Assembly: GCA_963977015.1 (NCBI GenBank)
Contig: CAXBMO010000045.1
Coordinates: forward strand, 1-23,804
Direction of reading: 5' to 3'
DNA length: 23,804 nt
Source: an uncultured bacterium
Lineage (GTDB): Bacteria > Verrucomicrobiota > Verrucomicrobiia > Verrucomicrobiales > DEV007
Below, in pieces: positions 1 to 6,854 of this stretch (within the stretch, counting starts at the first letter, position 1; every line of letters starts with the position of its first letter). The translations under genes were made by a program, and so were the position numbers. The notes beneath the pieces were generated by a model. It had not been told where the DNA came from. It was given only the letters and a program-made list of their open reading frames with translations, and made no database searches.

Positions 1-56
1 CCCGGATGTCGCTAGCGCTCAATCCGCGGCTAATGGCTCCATAAGCCTCCGGCTTA
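1..56 (+). repeat. REP-like palindromic repeat (probably truncated by window start)
   Basis: CGGAT-GTCGCTAGCGCTCA-ATCCG stem (3-26), then CGGCTAATGGCT and the hairpin TAAGCC-TCC-GGCTTA (42-56). Shares the GTCGCT..CGCTCAA..CGGCTAAT.GCT core with the element at 23759-23804. Lies just downstream of the operon 1 3' end. Confidence 0.7.
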
Positions 57-102
57 GGTTTACGAAGCACCCAGTTAACCTGGCGCTCATTCGGCTGAGG
101 TC

Positions 103-1083
103 CTATTCACACCTGACCCAGAGCCGCGCCAGTTCCGTGATGCGGAATCCGCTCGCGGGCGCATCCAGCATGACCTTCACCCGGAAAATCTTCCGCTCGC
201 GATCGCAGCTTACGAGTTTCCCGGAAACGGCGTCTCCAGTTGGCTTGCGGTGCACGCCAGCGGGCGCGACGCGGATTTTCTGGCCGGGCTCGGTTTCCAG
301 GGCGAGGACGGTGGCTTCCTGAAACAGGGTCAGATCCAACTCATTTCCAGCTACCCGATCCACGTAACCGGGAAGCCCCTCTTCGGTCATCTTTTTCGTG
401 TGAACCGTGATCTGCTCGGCCTGAAACTTGGTGAGGCTCTCGTCGTCGAGAAAGACGTGCCAGGCAATCCGGCCCTTGCCCTGACCGGTTCCGCGTGTCT
501 TGGCCCGCAGCTTGTCGCCGATGTTGATATCCGCGAAGGTTGCGGGTTCGCCGCCTTTCCAGAATTTGGTGTTCTCGTCAGTCTGCAAGGTCAGGCCGGT
601 TTCGCGGACGAAGCTCTTGTCGCCCTTGGCCCAAGTGAACGCCAGGCTCCGTGCCTCGGCGTCGATCGCGTCCACGAAGTAGTATTCCTTGTGACCGTTG
701 AGCATGTTCATCTCGTCCTGGATATAGGTTAGCCAGACCCACTCGCCGGCCTCGTTTTCGTGCATCCGGAAAATGGCGCGCTCGCCGATCTTGAAATCGC
801 TCAAATCGCCAAAGGTCGCGTGATGCAGCATTTCGGCATAGGGCATCGCGGTGAAGCGGAAAACTTCGTCGTTGTGCTCGGCGCGAAAGGTTCCGGTGCG
901 CGTTTCGAGGTCGAGCGTGAGCAGTTCGCCCCAGATTCGCCGCATCCGCTTGTACGGAACGATGACTTGGCCGGGCGTGATTTTCTGCACGGCTTCCGCG
1001 GGCTTCTTCTCTTCGGCGGTTACCAAGGGCGGGCCGCCCGTGACGACGATGAGAGCGATAAAGACAGTGACGATGTTTTTCAT
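103..1083 (-). CDS. Secreted hypothetical protein with three tandem beta-rich (OB-fold/DUF5666-like) repeats; paralog of 1099-2316
   Basis: 326 aa with a signal-peptide-like N-terminus (MKNIVTVFIALIVVTGGPPLVTA). Repeats begin WGELLTLD, YFVDAIDAE and GYVDRVAG; the first two end LSDFKIGE and FADINIGD. Starts 15 bp after the upstream stop. Confidence 0.8.
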   Translation of the reverse strand: MKNIVTVFIALIVVTGGPPLVTAEEKKPAEAVQKITPGQVIVPYKRMRRIWGELLTLDLETRTGTFRAEHNDEVFRFTAMPYAEMLHHATFGDLSDFKIGERAIFRMHENEAGEWVWLTYIQDEMNMLNGHKEYYFVDAIDAEARSLAFTWAKGDKSFVRETGLTLQTDENTKFWKGGEPATFADINIGDKLRAKTRGTGQGKGRIAWHVFLDDESLTKFQAEQITVHTKKMTEEGLPGYVDRVAGNELDLTLFQEATVLALETEPGQKIRVAPAGVHRKPTGDAVSGKLVSCDRERKIFRVKVMLDAPASGFRITELARLWVRCE

Positions 1084-1098
1084 GGAAAGGCTGATCGA

Positions 1099-2316
1099 TT
1101 ATTCCCGGCCGAAGTAGCGTTCCTCCAGTGGCAGAGAGACGACTTTCCAACTCGCCGGGTAGAAACGGACGATCCCGCCGGGGCGATACCCTTCCAGCAG
1201 CATGCCGCATTGAACCTGGATCTGCAGGCCGCTGGAGCCGGGCAATTTGGGAACGCTGGCGACCTTGAGGATGTTGCCGCCTTTGCGGTCATTGACCGGT
1301 TCGTAGGTCATGAGGCAGTCGCGCGCGACGGCGATGGTGCCTTTCGGCTTGAGGTCATCCTTGGCGCCGCCGGAGGTCGGCCAGCCGAGCGGTTCGGGAA
1401 CGATGATGTCGAAATCCTCGAAGAGCTTGGGATCGACTCCTTCGAAAAACGTGATCGTGACGAGATTCTTTTTGTCGTCAACTGCATCGACCCAACCCGG
1501 AATCCCGCGATCGCGAACGTGATTGCGGTGGCGTTCAAGTTGGCGGGAGCTCGCCAATTTGCGGCTTTCGACGTCCAGCCAGATTTGGAGAACGCGGCCC
1601 GAGTTGTAGAGCGTTGCCCAGGTGAGATTCATGAGCACTTCCTGTCCGGGCTGGATATCGGTCAACGATCCAAATCCCTTTTCTTGATACACTTCGGTGC
1701 TGGTTCTCAGTTCGAAAGTTTGGGCGTCGCCGACTGGCTTGCCACCTTGGTGCAAGATCGCCTTCAGCTCATTCGCTTCCAAATCGACCGCATCCACTTT
1801 CCAGATCTGGTTTTGCCGAGCCCGATAGGAAAAGTCGTCTTCCAAGCGCAAACAACGGGTGAAATCGACTTCGTTCGAAACGCGCTGACCGACCGAGCTT
1901 GTCAGTTTGCCATGCTTCATCGTCCACACCTTTTCTTCTCCCTCAGGACGTTCGTAGAACCATCCGTGAAGATGGGTGCCGATCGGAAGATCACGCAGCG
2001 TGGCGGGCTGCCCGTTGGAATAGACGCTTCCATACGGGAGCATGGTGGCGTCGATCGTCCGGTCTTTCATGCCAGCGGTCTGGTCGTCGCTGCGATCGAC
2101 GCGCAACACCAGTTCACGCTCCAGATGGTCGATGTCGACCAATTCGCCGGATATATAGTGAGCGGATCCTTCGGGCGGAAACTCGCCATCGACCAACTGA
2201 TACCAGGACAAGCTGGGATCGTCGTTCTCGTCCGTGCGGTAGGTTGGTGCACCGTCTTCGGCAATCGAGGCATGTCCGCCCAGGAAAAATACGATAGCCA
2301 AAATGCGGCCTATCAT
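1099..2316 (-). CDS. Secreted hypothetical protein with three tandem beta-rich (OB-fold/DUF5666-like) repeats
   Basis: The ORF is open to 2451. ATG 2316 gives a clean signal peptide (MIGRILAIVFFLGGHASIA). ATG 2451 has TAAGGAG upstream and is a real alternative. Repeats begin SGELVDID, WKVDAVDLE and GWVDAVDD; the first two end LRDLPIGT and LTDIQPGQ. Confidence 0.8.
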   Translation of the reverse strand: MIGRILAIVFFLGGHASIAEDGAPTYRTDENDDPSLSWYQLVDGEFPPEGSAHYISGELVDIDHLERELVLRVDRSDDQTAGMKDRTIDATMLPYGSVYSNGQPATLRDLPIGTHLHGWFYERPEGEEKVWTMKHGKLTSSVGQRVSNEVDFTRCLRLEDDFSYRARQNQIWKVDAVDLEANELKAILHQGGKPVGDAQTFELRTSTEVYQEKGFGSLTDIQPGQEVLMNLTWATLYNSGRVLQIWLDVESRKLASSRQLERHRNHVRDRGIPGWVDAVDDKKNLVTITFFEGVDPKLFEDFDIIVPEPLGWPTSGGAKDDLKPKGTIAVARDCLMTYEPVNDRKGGNILKVASVPKLPGSSGLQIQVQCGMLLEGYRPGGIVRFYPASWKVVSLPLEERYFGRE

Positions 2317-2343
2317 AGCACCCAATTCGGGACAGGTAATGTA

Positions 2344-2396
2344 TTCCGGAGATTTCTCCGGAAATAGAACGGGGTGCTTACGGACAAATGTCCGTA
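2344..2396. promoter_or_regulatory. Pair of related perfect palindromes (candidate operators or RNA hairpins)
   Basis: TTCCGGAGA-TT-TCTCCGGAA (2344-2363) and TACGGACA-AA-TGTCCGTA (2379-2396). Shared core CGGASA-N2-TSTCCG, centres 34 bp apart, 28-80 bp upstream of ATG 2316. Confidence 0.5.
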
Positions 2397-2463
2397 GTAC
2401 ATTGAGGAGCCCAACGTTGGACCGTGAATTGATCACCGGAATCTGTGTCATAAAAAGTGCTCC

Positions 2464-3828
2464 TTAAGCAACCACTTCTGAGATCGCTCCCAGGCTGTCC
2501 TGAAACTGCTCCTTCTCCACTCCGGCGCGTTGGGCCATCGTCAGTAGCAGATTGCTCAACCGGGCATTGCCATCGACGGGGCGACCGCAGATTTTGTAAT
2601 GCACGCCGGCGTCCGCCACGTTGTATTGGCCGATTTTGGGAAGATTGTAATCGACGTGTTGCCCCTGCTTGACGCCCAGCTTTTTGCCTCCGGCGAAGAG
2701 CGTCGGCAAGTTCGCGTTTCCGTGGCTATGCCCGTAAGCCATGCCGCTTCCCCAGAGAACCTGGGTCGTATCCAACAGATTGCCGTCTTCTTCTTCGATG
2801 GCTTTCAATTGGTCGAGGAAATAGCTGAGTTGCTCGACCAAAAAGGTGTCCGTCTGCGTCAGGCGACGCAGTTGCTCGGGATCGCCGTTGTGATGCGATA
2901 GCGCGTGACGCGTCTGCGAGATGCCGATGTCCGGAATCGCCCCACCGTTAGCTTCGCTGCAGATCATACAGGTGATAACGCGGGTCATGTCCGTGCGCAG
3001 CGCCAGGACCATCAGATCATAGAACAAGCGGTGATAATCCTGAACCTGGCTCTTATCCATTTTCGCCGTGAAGCGGCCGACGGTCTTGCCGTCGACCTTC
3101 GGCTTCGGAACATTGAGCCAGGCGTCGGCCCGTTCGGTGCGCACCTCGATCTGGCGCACTGCGGTGAGATACTCATCCAGCTTGTTGCGATCTTCGCTGC
3201 CGAGCTTCTGGTTCACGCGCTTCGCGTCATTGAGCACCGCGTCGAGAATACTTCCGCGCCGGTTGAGACGGCGTCGAACGACTTCCTTGCCGCCGGATTC
3301 CTCTCCGAAGAGTCGCTCGAAAATCGTCTTCACATTGCGTTCGGCCGGAATCTGAATGCCATCGCGCGACCAAGCCAGCGAATGACCCTCGATCGCCATC
3401 TCCAGTGAAGAAAACCGCGTGTTCACACCCTGAACTTCGGCAATGAGCTGATCGACCGAGACCGTGTTGCGAAACGCTCCGCCGTCGCGGGGCACGTCGG
3501 CGCCGGTGAGCCAGACCTTGTCGCAATTGTGATGCTTGCCCAAGACCAACGGATGGTGCAGGCCACTGATCGGCGTGACCTCATTGCGATGCCGCTCCAG
3601 CGAGGCCAGCGGTTCGGTGAACTCATAGTCCTTTCCGGACTTCTGAATCTGCCACGTCAGGGTGTTGACCCCGTTCGGGATGTAGAGAAACACGCTGCGC
3701 TTCGGCGCGGTTGGCTGCGGCAATCCGGCGGCCTGCATGCAATCGAGCATGGGCAACGCGATGGTGGCTCCGATTCCGCGAAGCATGTGACGGCGATTGA
3801 GGCGCCATTGGTTAGTCTGGATATTCAT
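2464..3828 (-). CDS. DUF1552 (HXXSHH) domain protein
   Basis: 454 aa from ATG 3828. Twin-arginine-like N-terminus [19 protein letters not shown], plus [52 protein letters not shown] (2890-2907) and HSHGNANLP. Confidence 0.92.
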   Translation of the reverse strand: MNIQTNQWRLNRRHMLRGIGATIALPMLDCMQAAGLPQPTAPKRSVFLYIPNGVNTLTWQIQKSGKDYEFTEPLASLERHRNEVTPISGLHHPLVLGKHHNCDKVWLTGADVPRDGGAFRNTVSVDQLIAEVQGVNTRFSSLEMAIEGHSLAWSRDGIQIPAERNVKTIFERLFGEESGGKEVVRRRLNRRGSILDAVLNDAKRVNQKLGSEDRNKLDEYLTAVRQIEVRTERADAWLNVPKPKVDGKTVGRFTAKMDKSQVQDYHRLFYDLMVLALRTDMTRVITCMICSEANGGAIPDIGISQTRHALSHHNGDPEQLRRLTQTDTFLVEQLSYFLDQLKAIEEEDGNLLDTTQVLWGSGMAYGHSHGNANLPTLFAGGKKLGVKQGQHVDYNLPKIGQYNVADAGVHYKICGRPVDGNARLSNLLLTMAQRAGVEKEQFQDSLGAISEVVA

Positions 3829-3839
3829 GAAAAAGGGGG

Positions 3840-3867
3840 CAGGTATCAGGTTACAGGTGCCAGCTTC
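3840..3867. repeat. Degenerate 7-bp tandem repeat, downstream arm flanking the four-helix-bundle gene
   Basis: + strand CAGGTAT CAGGTTA CAGGTGC CAGCTTC, with CAG at 3840, 3847, 3854 and 3861. Overlaps the last codons and stop of the four-helix-bundle ORF. Confidence 0.8.
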
Positions 3868-4205
3868 CGGATGAAGCCGGTCAACATTCTTTTGATTTCT
3901 TCGATTTTGGCAGAGTGGTCGGAGGACAGATGCTGGTCGAGGTAGCCCAGATCTCCGGCGAGGATGATCTGGTAGTGAAGTTCGCTGGCGGATCCCATGG
4001 CGATTGTGAGAAAACGGCAGAAATCCGTGTCGGTGGATCGACCGCAACCCTCGGCGATATTGGTGGGAATGGAGCTCGCTGATCTTCGCATCTGACTGGT
4101 TAGCCCGTAGACTTCGGACTTGGGAAAGCCGCTAGTCGCCCTGTAAACTGACAGCGTCAGTTCATGCGCTTTTTCCCAAACCTGGAGTTTCTTGAAGTCT
4201 CTCAT
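3846..4205 (-). CDS. Four-helix-bundle protein (23S rRNA intervening-sequence protein family, TIGR02436/PF05635-like)
   Basis: 119 aa from ATG 4205. Family motifs [53 protein letters not shown] and DLGYL. Confidence 0.95.
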   Translation of the reverse strand: MRDFKKLQVWEKAHELTLSVYRATSGFPKSEVYGLTSQMRRSASSIPTNIAEGCGRSTDTDFCRFLTIAMGSASELHYQIILAGDLGYLDQHLSSDHSAKIEEIKRMLTGFIRKLAPVT

Positions 4206-4208
4206 TCG

Positions 4209-4243
4209 CAAGCTGAAGTCTGTTCGCTGAAACCTGTTACCTC
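4209..4243. repeat. Degenerate 7-bp tandem repeat, upstream arm, inverted relative to 3840-3867
   Basis: Minus strand reads GAGGTAA CAGGTTT CAGCGAA CAGACTT CAGCTTG, with CTG on + at 4213, 4220, 4227 and 4234. The first unit contains the DUF1592 stop codon. Confidence 0.75.
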
Positions 4244-6669
4244 TTCTGAAATAGTTCGGACAAAATGAAAGCTTCTAAGATATCTCTTACCCGGTAATCC
4301 TTCTCACGGCCGATTTCGGCAATCGTTTCCAGATCATCGTGATCGTCCACGCTTAAGGTCCGCCGCATGCCGTAGGTGGCGAGTTTTTCGATGAAGGTCG
4401 CCTGAAAGGCATCTAGGTCAGCCATCAGCAACTGCTTGAACTCCTCCGCGTTCTGGAACGCGCGTCCATCCGGCAATTCCCCGCTCGGATCGACTGCCGG
4501 ATCATCTCCCGTTCCCTCGACGTTTTCGTGCGTGCGCCATTCGCCGATCGCGTTGAAATTGTCGAACGCAAGTCCGAGCGGATCGATCTTGGCATGGCAG
4601 GATGCGCAGCTCGGATCGGCCTTGTGGGCTTCCAGCTTCATCCGTAGCGTCGCTTTCGGTGAATCGACCGGATTCGGTTCGATCGGATCGACATTCGCAG
4701 GTGGCGGGGGCGGAGTTTTGCCCAAAATCACCTCCGAAACCCACGCGCCGCGATGGACCGGGCGATGCCGCGTGCCGTCCGACGTCAGCGAAAGAATCGA
4801 GGCCTGGGTCAACAAACCGCCCCGGTTGAATTCCGGCTTGAGCGAGACGCGTTGGAACTCGTCCTGGGTGATGCTGGGGATTCCGTAGAACTTGGCCAAT
4901 CGCGGATTCACCATCGTCCAGTCGGAATCGAGAAACTCGCGGAGGGAGAGTCCCTGCTCCAGCACTTCGGCAAAAAACGCCTGCGTTTCTCCGATCATGC
5001 TCTGCTCCAGGTGCGCGTCGTATTGCGGGTAGATCTTTTTGTCTGGCGGAAACATTCCCACTTTCTGCAGGTTCAGCCATTGCTTGGAGAAAGACTTCTT
5101 AAAGCGCTCCGAACGGGGATCCGCCAACAGGCGCTCGAATTGGCGCTGCAACTCCGCTTGGTCGCGAAGCTTGCCCGCCTCCGCCGCCGCGAACAATTCG
5201 TCGTCCGGCATCGTGCTCCACAGCAGATACGACAAACGCGAGGCCAATTCCCAATCGTTCAGGTTATGCCGGTCCGAGTTTTCGTCGCCTTCGGCCAGGA
5301 ACAGAAAACTCTTCGAGCACAAGATCGCGACCATTCCGGCCTCCACTGCGGTTTTGAAATCGGCGCCCGCCTCCAACTCGCCGCTGACGATATCCAGATA
5401 GATATCCAATTCGCCCTCGTAAAGCGGTCGGCGAAAGGCGCGCTTGGCCATCCGTCCCAGGCCTTCCCGCGCCGCATCCAGCGACTCCTCCTTCGGCATG
5501 TAGTCATCCCGCCGCTTTTGTTCTTCCTCGGTTACGATCGGCCCGCGCATTGTGATCGAATCCAGAATGAGAAAGGGATAGCGCGGCTTGCCGTCCTGAT
5601 CGGTAATCTTGATTTGCCAGGGCGCACGACGTTCCTTCGTGCTGATAAATGGAATCTGACTGTGCGCCGTCGAGCGCGGATGCCGTGGCGGGCCGGTTAG
5701 GTTCAAAACGTGAATGGAAGGCGAACGCACATCGGGAAAATGCGCCCGAAAACTCACCGTGACCGGCTCGTCCTCCGGCGCGATGATGTCCTGCTCGAAC
5801 AAGACCCGGTCCAGCTTGTGCTCGTAAACCTGCATCCGCGGCGCCGCCTTGTTCTCCGGCTTCAATCCGCTCAACGTGTAGCTGATCTCATACATCCCGG
5901 GCCCCGGAAATTTCAGCCCATCCCGATACGGATTCGAGTTCCGAAACACCTCGCCCGAGGTCACAATCTCAAAACGTGTCTTGTCGAGCAAGCCCTCGTT
6001 CTTCAAGCGCTCATAATGCGGGTGGTTGTCGCGCATGATCACCGCCGGCGTGGTCGCTTCCAGATACTCGACCGGCTTATCCGGATACGCCTCATCCAGC
6101 ACGATCTCCGCCGCCTTCATGTATTTCTCGATGTGGGTTGGCGACAAGGTCAACACCGAGCCGATTCGCTCGAACCCGTGCCATTCCGGATCTTCCAGCA
6201 GCCCGCCCGGATCGGTCGCGTCATACTCCACGCCGATCAGGTCGCGCACCGTGTTCACATATTCCTCCCGCGTCAGCCGATGGTACGAAACCCGGTCGCG
6301 CTGCGCCATCCGGGCCGACTCGCCTTCCTTGATCCGCGCCGCCAGCCACTCCACGATTGCCGCGCTTTCCTCGACACTGGGCAGAACATCCTCGTCATCC
6401 GGCGGCATCTCGCCGGAGCTGATTTTCTCCATCACCTCATGCCAATACGGCGTGTCCTTCAGGCCCACCTCCCGCGACAACGTATCGACCCGAAAATCGC
6501 CTTTCTGCTTCTTGTCACCGTGACACCGGACACAGTGCGTCTCGATAAATGGCTGGATGTCCTTCTCGAAGTTCGGCTGCGCCAGTGAAAAACCGGCGGA
6601 TGCGAGAACACTCGCGCCAATCAACGCGAGACAGGAGTTGGTAGGGAAAAATTTGGGGGCCCGGGGCAT
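4237..6669 (-). CDS. DUF1592-family protein (planctomycete cytochrome c plus DUF1587/1595/1592/1588/1585 architecture) with two CxxCH motifs
   Basis: 810 aa from ATG 6669 with a signal-like N-terminus. CVRCH (6520-6534), MPP, HRLTREEYVNTVRDLIG, RAFRRP, ELASRLSYLLWSTMPDDEL, RGGLLTQASIL, PVHRGAW, CASCH (4594-4608), KIDPLG. Confidence 0.92.
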   Translation of the reverse strand: MPRAPKFFPTNSCLALIGASVLASAGFSLAQPNFEKDIQPFIETHCVRCHGDKKQKGDFRVDTLSREVGLKDTPYWHEVMEKISSGEMPPDDEDVLPSVEESAAIVEWLAARIKEGESARMAQRDRVSYHRLTREEYVNTVRDLIGVEYDATDPGGLLEDPEWHGFERIGSVLTLSPTHIEKYMKAAEIVLDEAYPDKPVEYLEATTPAVIMRDNHPHYERLKNEGLLDKTRFEIVTSGEVFRNSNPYRDGLKFPGPGMYEISYTLSGLKPENKAAPRMQVYEHKLDRVLFEQDIIAPEDEPVTVSFRAHFPDVRSPSIHVLNLTGPPRHPRSTAHSQIPFISTKERRAPWQIKITDQDGKPRYPFLILDSITMRGPIVTEEEQKRRDDYMPKEESLDAAREGLGRMAKRAFRRPLYEGELDIYLDIVSGELEAGADFKTAVEAGMVAILCSKSFLFLAEGDENSDRHNLNDWELASRLSYLLWSTMPDDELFAAAEAGKLRDQAELQRQFERLLADPRSERFKKSFSKQWLNLQKVGMFPPDKKIYPQYDAHLEQSMIGETQAFFAEVLEQGLSLREFLDSDWTMVNPRLAKFYGIPSITQDEFQRVSLKPEFNRGGLLTQASILSLTSDGTRHRPVHRGAWVSEVILGKTPPPPPANVDPIEPNPVDSPKATLRMKLEAHKADPSCASCHAKIDPLGLAFDNFNAIGEWRTHENVEGTGDDPAVDPSGELPDGRAFQNAEEFKQLLMADLDAFQATFIEKLATYGMRRTLSVDDHDDLETIAEIGREKDYRVRDILEAFILSELFQKR

Positions 6670-6854
6670 TTTACGATTCCGTTCGACGGGGCGAACGAAG
6701 CCTAACACGCTTGGGTTGTCTCTTCCTTTCACCAAAATTTAGAGAGATTTCGCCTTCCCAAAATTGCTTGCCGTTTTCGGGGAAAGCAGGCCAAATCTTT
6801 CGGATTCTTCTTCGTGACTTTGGCGGGACATTTGACCTAGTTGGGGCCAAACCC

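Noticed and set aside
3829-4047. 73-aa N-terminal extension of DUF1552 in the ORF track (2464..4047)
   Set aside because: It overlaps the four-helix-bundle gene in another frame. The family-typical N-terminus starts at ATG 3828.
3846-4205. Diversity-generating retroelement (Avd-like gene) or rRNA intervening sequence
   Set aside because: There is no reverse transcriptase, no template/variable repeat pair and no rRNA sequence in the window.
6711-6854. Upstream extensions of the beta-helix ORF (6711) and DUF1592 ORF (6735)
   Set aside because: They would overlap head to head and bury the signal peptides. ATG 6855 and ATG 6669 fit better.
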